64,000 bases of DNA from assembly GCF_004010195.1 (NCBI RefSeq), contig NC_057719.1:89100649-89164648 (forward strand), in the 5' to 3' direction. The translations under genes were made by a program, and so were the position numbers. Under the pieces are notes generated by a model that saw only the letters and a program-made list of their open reading frames with translations, was not told the origin of the DNA and made no database searches. Shown piece after piece: positions 13,711-27,105 of this stretch (within the stretch, counting starts at the first letter, position 1; every line of letters begins with the position of its first letter). Origin of the DNA: Chiloscyllium plagiosum (Eukaryota).

Positions 13711-14185
13711 TATTGCAGAGAATAGCAGTCTCCTGAAACAGAACAGCAATCTTTGTTTTTATTACAAAGAAACACACTGTCTGTTTATATTGTACTGAAC
13801 AGCAATCTCTGTGCATACGAAACAGAATTACAGACCCAATTAATATTAAAGTGAAATGCAGTTTGCATGTCTATGAAACAGAATAGTAATCCCTTTGTAT
13901 ATGAATGCAAAGAGAACTTGTCAATGTCATACAGAATAGCAGCTTCTGTGCATATTACAGAGAACACCGGTTCCTGTGTCTCTTGCAGAGGATATTACTT
14001 CCTGTATGTATTACAGAGAACCGCAGTCTTTGGAAGATAAAGATCTACAGCATGGAAACAGACCCTTAGGCCCAACCCATCCATGCCAACCAGATATCCC
14101 AACCCAATCTAGTCCCACATGCCACCACCCGGCCCATATCCCTCCAAGTCCTTCCTATTCATATACCCATCCAGATGCCTTTTAA

Positions 14186-14884
14186 TCAGGCAACTATCTG
14201 TGTGGAGTTTGCACATTCTCCCTGTATCTGCGTGGGTTTTCTCCGGGTGCTCCGGTTTCCTCCCACAGTCCAAGAATGTGCAGGTCAGGTGAATTAGCCA
14301 TGCTTAATTGCCTGTAGTGTTAGGTGCATTAGTCAGCGGGAAATGGGTCTGGATGGGTTATTCTTCGGAGGGACGGTGTGGACTGGTTGGGCCAAAGAGC
14401 CTGTTTCCACATTGTAGGGAATCTAATCTAAAAAAAAATGTTACAGTTGTACTAGCCTCCTTTTGGGGTGGCACAGTGGCTCCATGGTTAGCACTGCTGC
14501 CTCACAGCACCAGGGTCGGAGGTTTGTTTCCAGCCTCGGGTCACTGTCTTTGTGGAGTTTGCACATTCTCCCCGTGTCTGCGTGGGTTTCCTCCGGGTGC
14601 TCCAGTTTCCTCCCACAGTCCAAAGATGTGCAGGTCAGGTGAAATGGCCATGCTAAATTGCCCCATAGTGTTAGGTCAATTAGTCAGAGGGTGGGTTACT
14701 CCTCGGAGGGTCGGTATGGACTGGTTGGGCCGAAGGGCCTGTTTCCGCACTGTAAGGAATCTAATCTGATCTAATTAGATGCATTAGTCAGAGGGAAATG
14801 GGTCTGGGTGAGTTACTCTTCGGAGGGACGGTGTGGACTTGTTGGGCTGAAGGGCCTGTTTCCACACTGTAGGGAATCTAATCA
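14186..14884 (+). mobile_element. Cluster of three HE1-type SINE copies (truncated, full, 3' piece)
   Basis: V core at ~14200 and ~14550; 3' ends at ~14430, ~14770, ~14884. Confidence 0.85.
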
Positions 14885-15437
14885 CCACTTTCTCTGGCAG
14901 CTCATTCCATATATGTACCACCCTCTGCATTGAAAAAGTTGCCCCTTAGGTCTCTTTTATATCTTTTCCCCTCTCACCCTAAACCTATGTCCTCTAGCTC
15001 TGGACTCCCCCACCCCAGGGAAAGGACTTTGTCTATTTATCCTATCCATGCTCCTCATGATTTTGTAGACCTCTATAAGGTCACCCCTCAGCCTCCAACG
15101 CTTCACAGAAAACAGCCCCAGCCTATTCAACCTCTCCCTATAGCTCAAATCCTCCAACCCTGGCAACATCGTTTGGAATCTTTTCTGAACCCTTTCAAGT
15201 TTCACAACATCCTTCCGAGAGGAAGGAGACCAGAATTGCACACAATATCCAAAAGTGGCCTAACCAATGTCCTGTACAGCCGCAACATGACCTCCCAACT
15301 CCTGTACTTAATAATCTGGCCAATAAAGGAAAGCATACCAAATACATTCTTCACTATCCTATCTACCTGCGACTCCACTTTCAACTATGAACCTGCACTC
15401 CAAGGTCTCTTTGTTCAGCAACACTCCCTAGGACCTT
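14885..15437 (-). mobile_element. CR1 ORF2 C-terminal fragment
   Basis: QFWSPSSRKDVVKLERVQKRF..RLRGDLIEVYK. Confidence 0.9.
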
Positions 15438-15439
15438 GC

Positions 15440-17740
15440 TGATATTTGAGGGGCTCTATTCTCTACTTAAGGAGAATCCAAAGGGTTTTTACAAATATAT
15501 TAAGGACAAAAGAGTAATTAAACTCTATTTGCCAAAGCTATCTCATGTCCCCTTTTTGCCCTTAACAAATTCCTCTCCATCAAAACCCTTAATACTACAG
15601 CAATCCCAGTCTGTGTTTGGCAAGTTAAAATCACCTACCATAACCAACCTATTATTCTTTCAGATAACTGAGATCTCCTTACAAATTTGTTTCTTAATTT
15701 CCCGCTGACTATAAGGGGGTCTATAATACAATCCCAATAAGGTGACCATCCCTTTCTTATTTCTCAGTTCCACCCAAATAATTTCCCTGGATGTATTTCC
15801 GGGAATATCCTCCCTCAGCACAGCTGTAATGCTATCCCTTGTCAAAAACGCCATTCCCCCTCCTCTCTTGCCTCCCTTTCTGTCCTTCCTGTAGCATTTG
15901 TATCCTGGAACATTAAGCTACCAGTCCTGCCCATCCCTGAACCATGTTTCTGTAATTGCTATGATATGTTCCTAACCAGGCCCTGAGTTCATCTGCCTTC
16001 CCTGTTAGGCCTCTTGCATTGAAATAAATGCAGTTTGATTTATTAGTCCTACCTTGTTCTCTGCTTTGTCCCTGCCTGCCCTGAATGTTAGAATCACTTT
16101 TTTTCTCAAGTGTACAAGTCTGAGATTGATCTCTTTCTTCACTATCTCCCCAGGTCCCACCCCTCCCTACCCCACCTCACCTTACTAGTTTAAATCTTCC
16201 GAGCAGCTCTAGCAAATCTCCCTGCCAGTATATTTATCCCCTTCCAATTCAGGTAAATCCATCCTCCTTGTACAGTTCACTTCTACCCCAGAAGATATTC
16301 CAACGTGAATCCTTCTCCCATACACCAGCTCCTCAGCCATGTATTCATCAGCTGTATCCTCCCATTCCTGCCCTCACTAGCTCGTAGCACCAGAAGTAAT
16401 CCGGATATTACTACTCTCGAGGACCTCCTTTTTAAATTCCTGCCTAACTCTCTCTAATCTCCCTTCAGAATCTCATCCTTTTTTCTTCTTATGTCATTGG
16501 TTCCAATGTGTACAATGACCTCTTGCTGGCCCCTCTCCCCCTTGAGAACATTATGTACCCTATCTGAGACATCCTTGATTCTGGCACCAGGGAGGCAACA
16601 CACCATTCTGATTTTTCACTGCTGGCCACAGAAATGCCTCAGACTAGAGAGTCCCCTAACACAAAAGTTCTCTTATAACCCAATTAAACCCTTATTGCAT
16701 TAGAGCCAGTCTCGATGCAAAAAACTTGGCTGTTTTACATTCCCCTGTGAATCCATCCCCCCTACATTTTCCAAAACAGCATACTTGTTTGAAAGGGGAT
16801 AGCTACAGAAGACTCCTGTACAACCTGCCTACCTCTCTTACCTTTCCTGGAGTTAACCCATGTATGTGACTATATCTGCGATTTTTCTCCTTTCCAATAA
16901 CTGCCATCTATCACACCCCCTTGCTCTTGTAAATTCCTCATTGCCTCTGTCGCTCCAACTGATCCATTCGATCTGATAGGATTCACAACCACCAGCATTT
17001 ATTGAAGATAAATGCTCAGTAACATGTAAACTTCCACATCTGACAAGAAGAGCATATCACTCTACTGAAAGATTATTTTTGCTTCTTCCAATCTGCAGAG
17101 CCAGAAAATAGCACCGTCTTATTCTCTACAAAACACTGCTCCCAAGCTAACTTAATACTTGTGGCTTATATTTTTAAATTTAATCAAGAGACATATCTCA
17201 CTAAAACGTATAGTCAAGAAAGAACCCACTCTACTCACTACTGTAGACTTACTGTTCACTTCTGTTTCTGTGCTGTGACCTCTCCCAAACAGATTCCTCC
17301 AAGATTAGTTGTGAATTTCACTGTTTGTTAATTTTCCTAGATGCACTCCAACGTCCAGTGATACATGAATTCAAACAGCAAAGACAGTAACTGTGCAGGT
17401 TCACAGCTGTGTCAGTTAGCAGTGTGGGTTTCTTTCTCTCTCTCACTCACTCACTCACTCACTCACTCACTCACTCACTCACTCTCTCTCACTCTCTCAC
17501 TCTCTCACTCTCTCACTCTCTCACTCTCTCACTCTCTCGCATTGACCTGACCATGTGCTGCCTTTCCCATTTAAAAGTGCCATTGTTTTGACTTTTTACT
17601 TCTCCAAAGTTCCAAAACAATGCAACAGCTTATAAAACAGTAATTGCTGCTCCTGGAATTCAAAGAAATCACCTGCAACATCTAAAATAGCTCAAAAAAG
17701 GAGCAGCCTGATACAGCCAGAAAATTGTCCCGTCCTCCAT
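15440..17740 (-). mobile_element. CR1 5' portion: 5'UTR, ORF1 (Zn-finger plus SGNH esterase), ORF2 APE endonuclease
   Basis: Minus strand reads VICSSCQMW (~17040), CCLPGARIKDVS...VIVHIGTNDI (~16490-16600), EIIWVELRNKKG..LGLYYRPP (15660-15854). Confidence 0.8.
17435..17540. repeat. (CTCA)n/(CT)n microsatellite
   Basis: Direct reading. Confidence 0.95.
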
Positions 17741-17909
17741 CAGTCCTTCTGTATATTGAAAAAAAAAGCAGTCAGTCATCATGTATATTGTAGGAAACAG
17801 GACTCACTGTGTTATAGTATGGAGGACAGCAGTGTCTGTGCATTGTTTGGAGAACAACAATGCTTGTCTATAGTATAAAGAACAGAAGTCCCTGACTATA
17901 TTACACAGA

Positions 17910-18874
17910 GCAAGAGAATCGACGAGTCGGGCATAAGCCCTTCTTCAGGAATGAGGAAGGTGTGCCAAGCAGGCTAAGATAAAAGATAGGGCGGAGGGAC
18001 TTGGGGGAGGGGCGTTGGGAATGCGATAGGTGGAAGGAAGTTAAGGTGAGGGTGATAGGCCGGAGAGGGGGTGGGGGCGGAGAGGTCGGGAAGAAGATTG
18101 CAGGTCAAGAAGGCGGTGCTGAGTCTGAGGGTTGGGACTTAGATAAGGTGGGGGGAGGTGAAATGAGGAAGCTGGAGAAGTCTACATTCATCCCTTGTGG
18201 TTGGAGGGTTCTTAGGGGATCTCCCATCCACTGCCTTCAACCTCACAGTCCCACAACCCCGCACCACCCGTTTCTACCTCCTGCCCAAAATCCACAAACC
18301 TGACTGCCCCGGCCGACCCATTGTCTCAGCCTGCTCCTGCCCTACCGAACTTAAGGGGATCTCTCATCCACCGCCTCCAACCTCATAGTCCCACACCGCC
18401 CGTTTCTATCTCCTGCCAAAAATCCACAAACCTGACTGCCCCGGCCGACCCATTTGTCTCAGCCTGCTCCTGCCCCACCGAACTTAGGAACCCTCCATCC
18501 ACAAGAGATGAATGTAGATTTCTCCAGCTTCCTCATTTCCCATCCGCTCCAACCTTATCTCAGTCCCAACCCTCGGACTCAGCACCGCCTTCTTGACCTG
18601 CAATCTTCTTCCCGACCTCTCCGCCCCCACCCCTTCTCCAGCCTATCACCCTCACCTTAACCTCCTTCCACCTATCACATTCCCAACACCCCTCCCCCAA
18701 GTCCCTCCTCCCTACCTTTTATCTTAGCCTGCTTGGCACAACTTCCTCATTCCTGAAGAAGGGCTTATGCTTGAAACATCGATTCTGCTTCTTGGATGCT
18801 GCCTGACCTGCTGTGCTTTTCCAGGAACACATTTTTCAGCTCTGATCTCCAGCATCTGCAGTCCTCACTTTCTC
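17910..18874. mobile_element. Fold-back Penelope-like element with duplicated RT fragment
   Basis: 17910-18210 is an inverted copy of 18490-18790; centre encodes TTRFYLLPKIHKPDCPGRPIVSACSCPTEL, near-duplicated in tandem; TSD ctatattacacaga at 17896-17909 and 18875-18888; decayed hammerhead in each arm. Confidence 0.85.
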
Positions 18875-19338
18875 CTATATTACACAGAACAGCAGTTCAT
18901 GTGTATATTATGGAGAACAGCAGTCATTATTTATATTAAATGGAACAGCAGTCTGTATAAATGAAACAAAACAACAGTACCTGTATAGATTATTGATAAT
19001 AGCACTTGCTGTGCTTATTAAACAGATTAGACGTCCCTATATGTATTGAGGAGAACAGCAGATGCTGTGTGTATTGTGGAGGACAATCTCTGCACACATG
19101 TTGTACAGAGCAGCAGTCCCAGAAAAAGTTGTGGAGAAAACCAATCCTTGAATGCATTACAGAGATTAGCAGTCCCTGCCTATGTCACAGAGAACAGTAG
19201 TTTCTGTGCATATTACAGAGAACAGTAGTTCTTCTTTATATTATATGGAACAGCAGTCATTGTTAAAAATCACACAACACCAGGTTATAGTCCCCTGGTT
19301 TAATTGGAAGCATACTAGCTTCAGGAGTGCCGCTCAAC

Positions 19339-19373
19339 CATCTGATGAAGGAGTGGCGCTCCGAAAGCTAGTA
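19339..19373 (+). ncRNA. Minimal hammerhead ribozyme motif, intact core
   Basis: CTGATGA a ggagt ggc gctcc GAAA gcta; palindromic AGCU stem III; very short stem I. Confidence 0.65.
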
Positions 19374-19445
19374 TGCTTCCAATTAAACCTGTTGGACTAT
19401 AACCTGGTGTGTGATTTTTAACTTGTACACCCCAGCCCAACACCG

Positions 19446-19757
19446 TGGACGGCACGGTGGCACAGTGGTTAGCACTGCTGCCTCACAGCGCCAGAGACCC
19501 GGGTTCAATTCCCGACTCAGGCGACTGACTGTGTGGAGTTTGCACATTCTCCCCGTGTCTGCGTGGGTTTCCTCCGGGTGCTCCGGTTTCCTCCCACAGT
19601 CCAAAGATGTGCAGGTTAGGTGAATTGGCCATGCTAAATTGTCCGTAGTGTTAGGTAAGGGGTAAATGTAGGGGTATGGGTGGGTTGCGCTTCGGCGGGT
19701 CGGTGTGGCCTTGTTAGGCCGAAGGGCCTGTTTCCACACTGTAAAGTAATCTAATCA
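19446..19757 (+). mobile_element. Full-length HE1-type V-SINE
   Basis: tRNA-like head, V core, CR1-like tail. Confidence 0.93.
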
Positions 19758-20205
19758 ACAAAAAAAACACCAGCATCTCCAAAGCAGTCATTGTGTGTGT
19801 CGCTCTGTTTTTATAGGGAACAGAAGACCCTGTGCATATTACATTGAATAGCAGTTCCTATGTCTCAAGCAGTGAACAGCAGTTTCCGTGTATAATGAGA
19901 ACAGCAATCTGTGTCTATATTTTAGAGAACAGCATTCCCTAACAGCATTAGAGTCAACACCACTTCCTGATTACATTGTATAGAACTGCAATGTGTGTAC
20001 ATGTGAAACAGAACAGCAATTATTACAGAGAACTGTAGTGCCTGTTTATATTGTACTGAACAACAGTCTCTGTGCATATGAAACAGAACTATAGTCCTGG
20101 TTAATATTGAAGTGAAGCGCAGTCTGTGTGTATGTAAAACAGAAAAGCAGTGCTTTTGTTTATGCGAAAGAAGAGCATTCCGTTTGTCTATTATAGGGAA
20201 GCCCT

Positions 20206-20326
20206 CATTCCTGTTGATGGACTTTACCCAAAACATTGATTCTCCTGCTCCTGCTTGACCTGCTGTGCTTTTCTAGCACTACACTCTCAACTCTAATCTC
20301 CAGCATGTGCAGTCCTCACTTTTGCC
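20206..20326 (+). mobile_element. Penelope-like terminus, decayed hammerhead
   Basis: cattcctgttgatgg...cccaaaacattgattctcctgctcc...gacctgctgtgctttt...ctccagcatgtgcagtcctcactt. Confidence 0.6.
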
Positions 20327-22009
20327 CTGTTAAAGGGAATAGCAGTTTGTGTGCATATTACACAGAGCAGAAGTTCCTATGCGTCTTTCAATGAATATCA
20401 GTTGCTCTGTATTTCATAGAGAACTGCAGACTTTCTGTATATTGAAGAGAAAGGCAATCCCTGTGTATACTTTAGAGAACAGCAGGACCTGGGGATCTTG
20501 TTGAGAAGAGCAGTGCCTGAGTATATTACAGATAATAGCAGTCCCTGTTTATATTACAGAGAACAGAGACGAGCAGATCCTGTATATAGTGCAGAGAACA
20601 AGAGTTTGTGCGTATATTGAGAAGAGCAGTAATTTCCGTGGATATTGTAGAGAACAACAGTCCCTGCAAATGTGTAGAGAACAGAATTTCCTAGGTATAT
20701 TATGGAGAATGGCAGTCCCTGTGATATTGCAGAGGACAACAGACACTTTGTATGTTACAGAGAAATGCAGGCCCTGAGTATATCAGTGTCATTGGCCATT
20801 CCAATGGATATCATACATAAGAGCAAATCCTGCATATATTATAAACATCTGCAGTTCCTGTGCACATTACAGATATCTGCATCTCTGGTGTATATTACAG
20901 AGATCCGCCACTCCTGTGTATATTATACAGAACAACAGTCCCTGTGCATATCTTGGAGAAGATCTGTCCCTGTGTATTTTGCAGATGAGAGCAGTCACTC
21001 TATATAATGTGGGAACAGCAGTTGCAGTGTACATCAGAGAGAATAGCAGCCCCTATGTATATTAGAGAGCACAGCAGTTGATGTGTATCTTACGGAGAAC
21101 AGCAGGTTCTGTGAATTTTGTCTATAATAGCATTCCCTGCAAATATTACAGAGAACAGCAGTCCCTGTCGATTATATAGAGGCCAACAGTCCCTGTTTAT
21201 ATCACAGACAACAGCGGTTCCTGTGTATATTAGAAATGACAGTATTCCTGTGAATATTGTGGGCAACAGTATCCCTGTGCTCATCACAGAGAATAGCAGG
21301 CTCTGTATATATATTACAGTGAATAGCAAACCCTGTGTCTATTACAATGAAGAGCAGTTCCTGCATATACAGCAGCAAATATAAGTGTGTGTATATTGAG
21401 GAGAGCTGTAGTCCCTGTCGAGAGTCTAGAGAACAGCAGTCCACATCTACATAATGGAAAACAGCAGTCCATGTCTATTTTATAGAGAACAGTCTGTATT
21501 TTGGAGGGCAGCAGTCCCAGTCAATATGATAGAGAACAGCAGTCCCTGTGTGTATATCATAGAGAACAGCAGTATTTGCCGATATAACAGACAACAGCAG
21601 TCCCTGTGTATATTATGGAGAAGAGCAGTTTCTGTGTATATTACTGAGAACAGAAGTTCCTGTGTATAATACAGACAGCAGACAGTCCTGTGTATCATGC
21701 AGTGAATAGCAATCCCTCTGAATATTGAGTAGAACAGCACCTGCAGTGTATATTGTCAAGAACAGATGTTCCTCTGTATATTGAAGAGAGCACTCCTACA
21801 GGGAATAGCAGTTCTTGACCATATTACTAAGAAGTGCAGTCGTTGTGCATATCACAGAGAACAGCAGTCCTTGTGTATATTGGGAAGATCAGCAGACAAT
21901 CTGTATGTTATGCAGAACAGTTATCATTGTGTATATTGTAGAGGATAGCAGATATTAGACAGAATAGCATTCGTGTGAAAGTTGTGGAGGACAATTGTGC
22001 AGATTACAC

Positions 22010-23615
22010 CAGAATTGGAGGTGTAGTGAACAGCGAACAAGATTACCACAGAGTACAATAGGAACTTGATCGGATGGGCCAAATGGGCTGCGGAGTGGCA
22101 GATGGAGTTTTAATTTAAATAAATGTGAGGCACTGTATTTTGGGAAAGCAAATCTTAGCATGACTTATACACTTAATGGTGAGGTCCTGGGGAAAAAGCA
22201 AATCTTAGCAGGAGTTATACATTTAATGGTAAGGGAGTGTTGCTAAACAAAGAGACCTTGGAGTGCAGGCCCATAGCTCCATGTAAGTGGCGTCACAGTA
22301 GATTGGATAGTGAAGAAGGTGTTTGGTTTGCGTTCCTTTATTGGTCAGAGTATTGAGTACAGGAGTTGGGAAGTCATGTTGCGGTTGCCACTTTTGGAAT
22401 ATTACATGCAATTCTGGTCTCCTTCCTATCGGAAAGGTGTTGTGAAACTTGAAAGGGTTCAGAATAGATTAACAAGGATGTTGCCAGGGTTGAAGGATTT
22501 GAGCTACAGGGAGAAGTTGAATAGGCTGGGGCTGTTTTCCCTGGAGCATCGGAGGCTGAGGGGTGACCTTATAAAATCATAAGGGGCATAGATAGGATAA
22601 ATAGACAAAGTCTCGTCCCTGAGGTAGGGGAGTCCAAAACTAGAGGGAATATGTTTAGGGTGAGAGGGGAAAGATATAAAAGAGACCTAAGGGGCAACGT
22701 TTTCATGCAAAGGGTGGTACGGGTATGGAATGAGCTGCCACAGGAAGTGGTGGAGGCTAGTATGATTGCAACGTTTAAAAGGTCTCTGGATGGGTATATG
22801 AATAGGAAAGGTTTGGAGGGATCCGGGTGCTGGCAAATGGGACTAGATTGGTCAGCATGGACACATTAGACCGAAGGGTCTGTTTGCGTATTGTACATCT
22901 CTATGACTCTATGACTGTTGCTGAACAAAGCGTTCTTAGAGTGCAGGTTCTTAGTTCCTTGAAAGTACAGTCACAGGTAGATAGGCTCGTGCAGAAGGCG
23001 TTTAATATGCTTGGTCAGAGCATTCAGTGCAGGAGTTGGAAGATCATGTTGCATCTGTACAGGATATTGATTTTGGAATATTGTGTGCAATTCTGGTCTC
23101 CCTTCCATAGGAAGGATGTTGTGAAACTTCAAAGGGTTCAGAAAAGATTTACAAGGATGTTGCCAGGATTGGAGGGTTTGAGCTATAGGGAGAGGCTGAA
23201 TAGACTGGGGCTGTTTTCCTTGCAGTGTCGGAGGCTATGGGGTAACTTTATAGAGGTTTATAAAATCATGACATGCATGGATGGGGCAAATAGAGACTGG
23301 TCTTTTCCCTGGGGTGGGGGAGTCCAGAGCTAGAGGGCACAAGTGTAGGGTGTGAGGGTAAAGGTAGTTAAGGGGCAATTTTCTCATGCAACGGGTGCTG
23401 TGTGTATGGAATGAACTGCTCGAGGAAATGGTGGAGGCTGTGACAATTACAACGTTTAAAAGGCATCTGCATTGCTATATGAATCGGAAGCGTTTAGAGG
23501 GATATGGACCAAATGCTGGCAAACGGGATTAGATGAATTTAGGATATCTCGTCAGCATGGATGAGTTGGACAGAAGAGTCTATTTCCATGCTGTACATCT
23601 CTGCGACTTTATGAA
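22010..23615 (+). mobile_element. Two tandem CR1 (HER1-like) 3' fragments
   Basis: EYYMQFWSP / EYCVQFWSP, RVVRVWNELP; (gactctat) tail at ~22905 and a decayed tail at ~23610. Confidence 0.9.
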
Positions 23616-24079
23616 TCTAACAGCAGGCCACGTGTGCAGTACAAAGAATAGCAATCTCTGTATATATTATAGAGAACAGCAGTTCCTGTGAAAGTTGTAT
23701 AGAAGTTGTATAGTCCCTGTGTCTATTATACAGAAGAGAAATTGCAGAGAACAGCAGACCCTCTCTATATGAAAGAGAACAAAAGTTCCTGTGTATGTTA
23801 CAGGGGACAGCAAGCTTTGCGTATAGCACAGAGAAAAGCAGTCCCTGTCTATATTGTGGAGAAAAACAGTTCTTGTCTATATTATAGACAGCAACCGTCC
23901 ATGCCTTTATTACAGATAAGCAGTCTGTGATGATGTTATAGAGAACAACAGTCACTGTGTATATTATGGAGAAAAGCAGTTCCTGTGTATATCACAGAGA
24001 ACTGTAGCGTCTGTGTATCTTAGATATATCAGCATTCCTGTGAATATTGCAGAGAACAGCAGTCTCTCTGTCACATTAT

Positions 24080-24408
24080 GGGCAGCACGGTGGCACAGAT
24101 GGGTGGCACGGTGGCACAGTGGTTAGCACTGCTGCCTCACAGCGCCAGAGACCTGGGTTCAATTCCCGCCTCAGGCAACTGTCTGTGTGGAGTTTGCACA
24201 TTCTACCCGTGTCTCCGTGGATTTCCTCCAGGTGCTCCGGTTTCCTCCCACAGTCCAAAGATGTGCAGGTTAGGTGAATTGTTCATGCTAAATTGCCCGT
24301 AGTGCCAGGTGAAGGGGTAAATGTAGGGGAATGGGTCCGGAGGGTCGGTGTGGACTTGTTGGGCTGAAGGGCCTGTTTCCACACTGTAAGTAATCGAATC
24401 TAATCTAG
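24080..24408 (+). mobile_element. HE1-type V-SINE with duplicated 5' head
   Basis: gcacggtggcacag repeated at the head; V core; aatct tail. Confidence 0.9.
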
Positions 24409-26334
24409 TTACAAAGAATAGCAGTCCCTGCATATTTATTGAGAAAAACAGTCCCTGTGTATATTACAGAGAACAGCAATCCCAGTGTACATTGCAGAAT
24501 TCCGCAGTTGCAGTATATAATACAGAGATTTGCAGTTCCTGTGTATATTGTAGAGACCTGCAGCTCCTGTATCTATGGCAGAGAACAGTGGTGCCTGGCC
24601 ACACCAGACAGAAGAGCAGTCCCTGTTAATATTATGGAGAACACCAGTCCCTGCATACATTACAGTGAACAGCAGTCTGTATTTTACAGAGAACACCAGT
24701 CCCGAATCTCTCATAGAGAAGAGCTATTCCTGTGTACTTTGTACAGAACATTTCCTGTGCACATTGGAGAGGGCAGCATTTGCTGTGTCTATTGTGAAGA
24801 TGACAATTCCTATGCATATTGTAGAGGAGAATAGCAGTCTCCATGTAGATTGTAGCAAACAGCAGTCCCAGTGATATTATAGAGGACAGCAGTTGTTTCT
24901 AAGCATATTGTGGCGAACAGCAGCCCCTGATTACATCACAGAGAAATGCAGTCCCTGTCTATATCATAGAGAACAGCAGTCCATATCTATATTATTGAGA
25001 ACAGCAGTCCATGTCTATATTATCGAGAGTAGCAGTCCCTGCATATCATATAGATGCACAGTTCCTATGTACAATACTGAAATCCTCAGCTCCTGTGTTC
25101 ATTACAGAGATCTGCAGCTCTTGTGTATATTATAGAAAGCAGCAGCCCTGTGTCTATCACACAGACTGCAGTTGGTGTGTATATTGTGGAGAAGACTAGT
25201 CCCTATGTACAGTGCAGCCCCTGTATTGTAGAGAACAGCAGTTCCTGTGAATGTTGTATAGAACAGCAGTCCCTGTGAAATTGTAGAGAACAGCCCACCT
25301 TCTCTATAGGAAAGAGAACAACAGTTCCTGTATATATGACAAGGAACAGCAGGACCTCCGCATTGCACAGAGAAAAGCTGTCCCTGTCTATATTATGGAG
25401 AAAAGCAGCTCCTGTCTATATTATAGACAGAAACCATCTGTGCCTTTATTAGAGAGAAGCAGTCCATGCTGATATGATAGAGAACATTAGTCACTGTGCA
25501 TATTTAGTATATCCACAGTCCAGTTTATATTACACAAACCCACAGCTCCTGCGCATATATCAGGGAACGGCAGTCCCTGTGTATGTCACAGAGAACTGTA
25601 GTCTCTGTGTGTATTGGAGAGAACAGCAGTCCTTAAGTATGTTACTGGAAAAACAGTCCCTGTGTATTTTACGGAGAACATCAGTCGCTGTGTCTATTAC
25701 AGAGAACAGAAGTCTCTGTGCATATTACAGAGAACAGCAGTTCCTGTGTACATTGCATAGAGCTAGAGTCCTTGTGTATACTGAGGAGAGATGCAATCCC
25801 TTTCTCAAGTCTACAGAACAGCAGTCCTGATCCACAGAATAGAGAACAGCAGTCCTTGACTGCATTACTTGGAACAGCAGATCCTTTCTATATTATCGAG
25901 AACAGCAGTCCCTGTCAATATTAGAGAGAACAACAGTCTCTGTCTATATGACAAGGACAACAGTTCCCTGTGCATATTCCACAGAGCAGTAGTTCCTGTG
26001 GATATCAGAGAACAGCAATTCCTGTGTATTTGAGGAGTTTGTGTATATTCCACAGAGCAGCAGTTCCTGTGCACATTTGAAAGGACAGCAGTTCCTGTGT
26101 AAAATAGAGGTCAGACATTCCTGTGTATATTCTCGAGAACAAAAGTCCCTCTGTATACTGGAGAGATTGTCAGTTCCTTCCTATGCATATTACAGAGAAC
26201 AGCCTTTTGTATATCCTTTTGTATATTGAGAAGATCAGCAGACCATCTTTCTTTTGTAGAAAAGCACTCTCTGTGTATATTGTAGAGGACAGCAGTCCCT
26301 GGGAATGTTTTATAGAACAAAGTATGTACATGTT

Positions 26335-26662
26335 CATAGAATACCTACAGTGCGGAAACTGGTTATTTGGCCCAACAGGTTCACACTGACACTTTGAAGA
26401 GTAACCCACCCCATTACTCTACATTTTCCTTGACTAATGCCCATAACCTACACATCCCTGAACACTATGGACAATTTCGAATGGCCAATTCACCTAACCT
26501 GCACATCTTTGGATTGCAGGACGAAACTGGATCACCTGCAGGAAACTCATGCAGACATGGAAAGAATGTGCAAGCTCCACACTGACAGTTGCCTGAGGCT
26601 GGAATTGAACCTGGATCCATGACGCTGTGAGGCAACAGTGCTAACCACTGAGCCACCATGCT
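26335..26662 (-). mobile_element. Older HE1-type V-SINE
   Basis: Diverged head, V core and 3' end on minus. Confidence 0.8.
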
Positions 26663-26971
26663 GTTTTATAGAAGAACACTCTCTGTCCCTATAAACAGTC
26701 CCTGTCTATGTCACAAAGAACAGTAGTTCCTGTGCATATTAAGAGAAGAGCAGTTCATGTGTACCACAGAGATAGTGCATATTGGGAAGAGCCACAGTCC
26801 CTGACTACAAGCTAGAGAACAGCAGTTCCTATCTATAGAAAAGAGAACAGCAGTCTCAGTCTATATTATAGAGAAGTGCAGTCCTTGTTTATATAAAAGA
26901 CGACCACATTCCCTGCATATATTATATAGATTAGCAGCTTCTGTGTATATTAGAGAGAACAGCAATTCCTG

Positions 26972-27105
26972 GGCATCCTGATGAAGGGCTTTTGCCCAAA
27001 ACGTCGATTTTCCTGCGCCTCGGATGCTGCCTGACCTGCTGTGCTTTTCCAGCATTACTCTAACCTTGACTCTTAATCTCTAGCATCTGCAGTACCCACT
27101 TCTGC
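26972..27105 (+). mobile_element. Penelope-like terminus with hammerhead motif (GAAA to AAAA)
   Basis: atc CTGATGA a gggc tttt gccc AAAA cgtc gat. Confidence 0.7.

Larger units (their letters stand above)
19264..19782 (+). mobile_element. Fold-back Penelope-like mini element with nested HE1 SINE
   Basis: Inverted repeat 19262-19422; TSD agcagtcattgt at 19252-19263 and 19783-19794. Confidence 0.8.

Noticed and set aside
19446..19520. tRNA gene at SINE heads
   Set aside because: tRNA-derived A/B boxes run directly into the V-SINE body
19383..19739. Recurrent ORFs such as WPIHLTCTSLDCGRKPEHPEETH / GTVAQWLALLPHS
   Set aside because: Translations of HE1 SINE copies, not genes
20549..26409. ORFs with repeating YYREQQSLCILWRTAVPVYITENSSPC peptides (28-aa period, like zinc fingers)
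   Set aside because: Arithmetic consequence of a stop-poor 28-bp unit cycling through three frames; no CxxC/HxxxH and frequent stops in real copies
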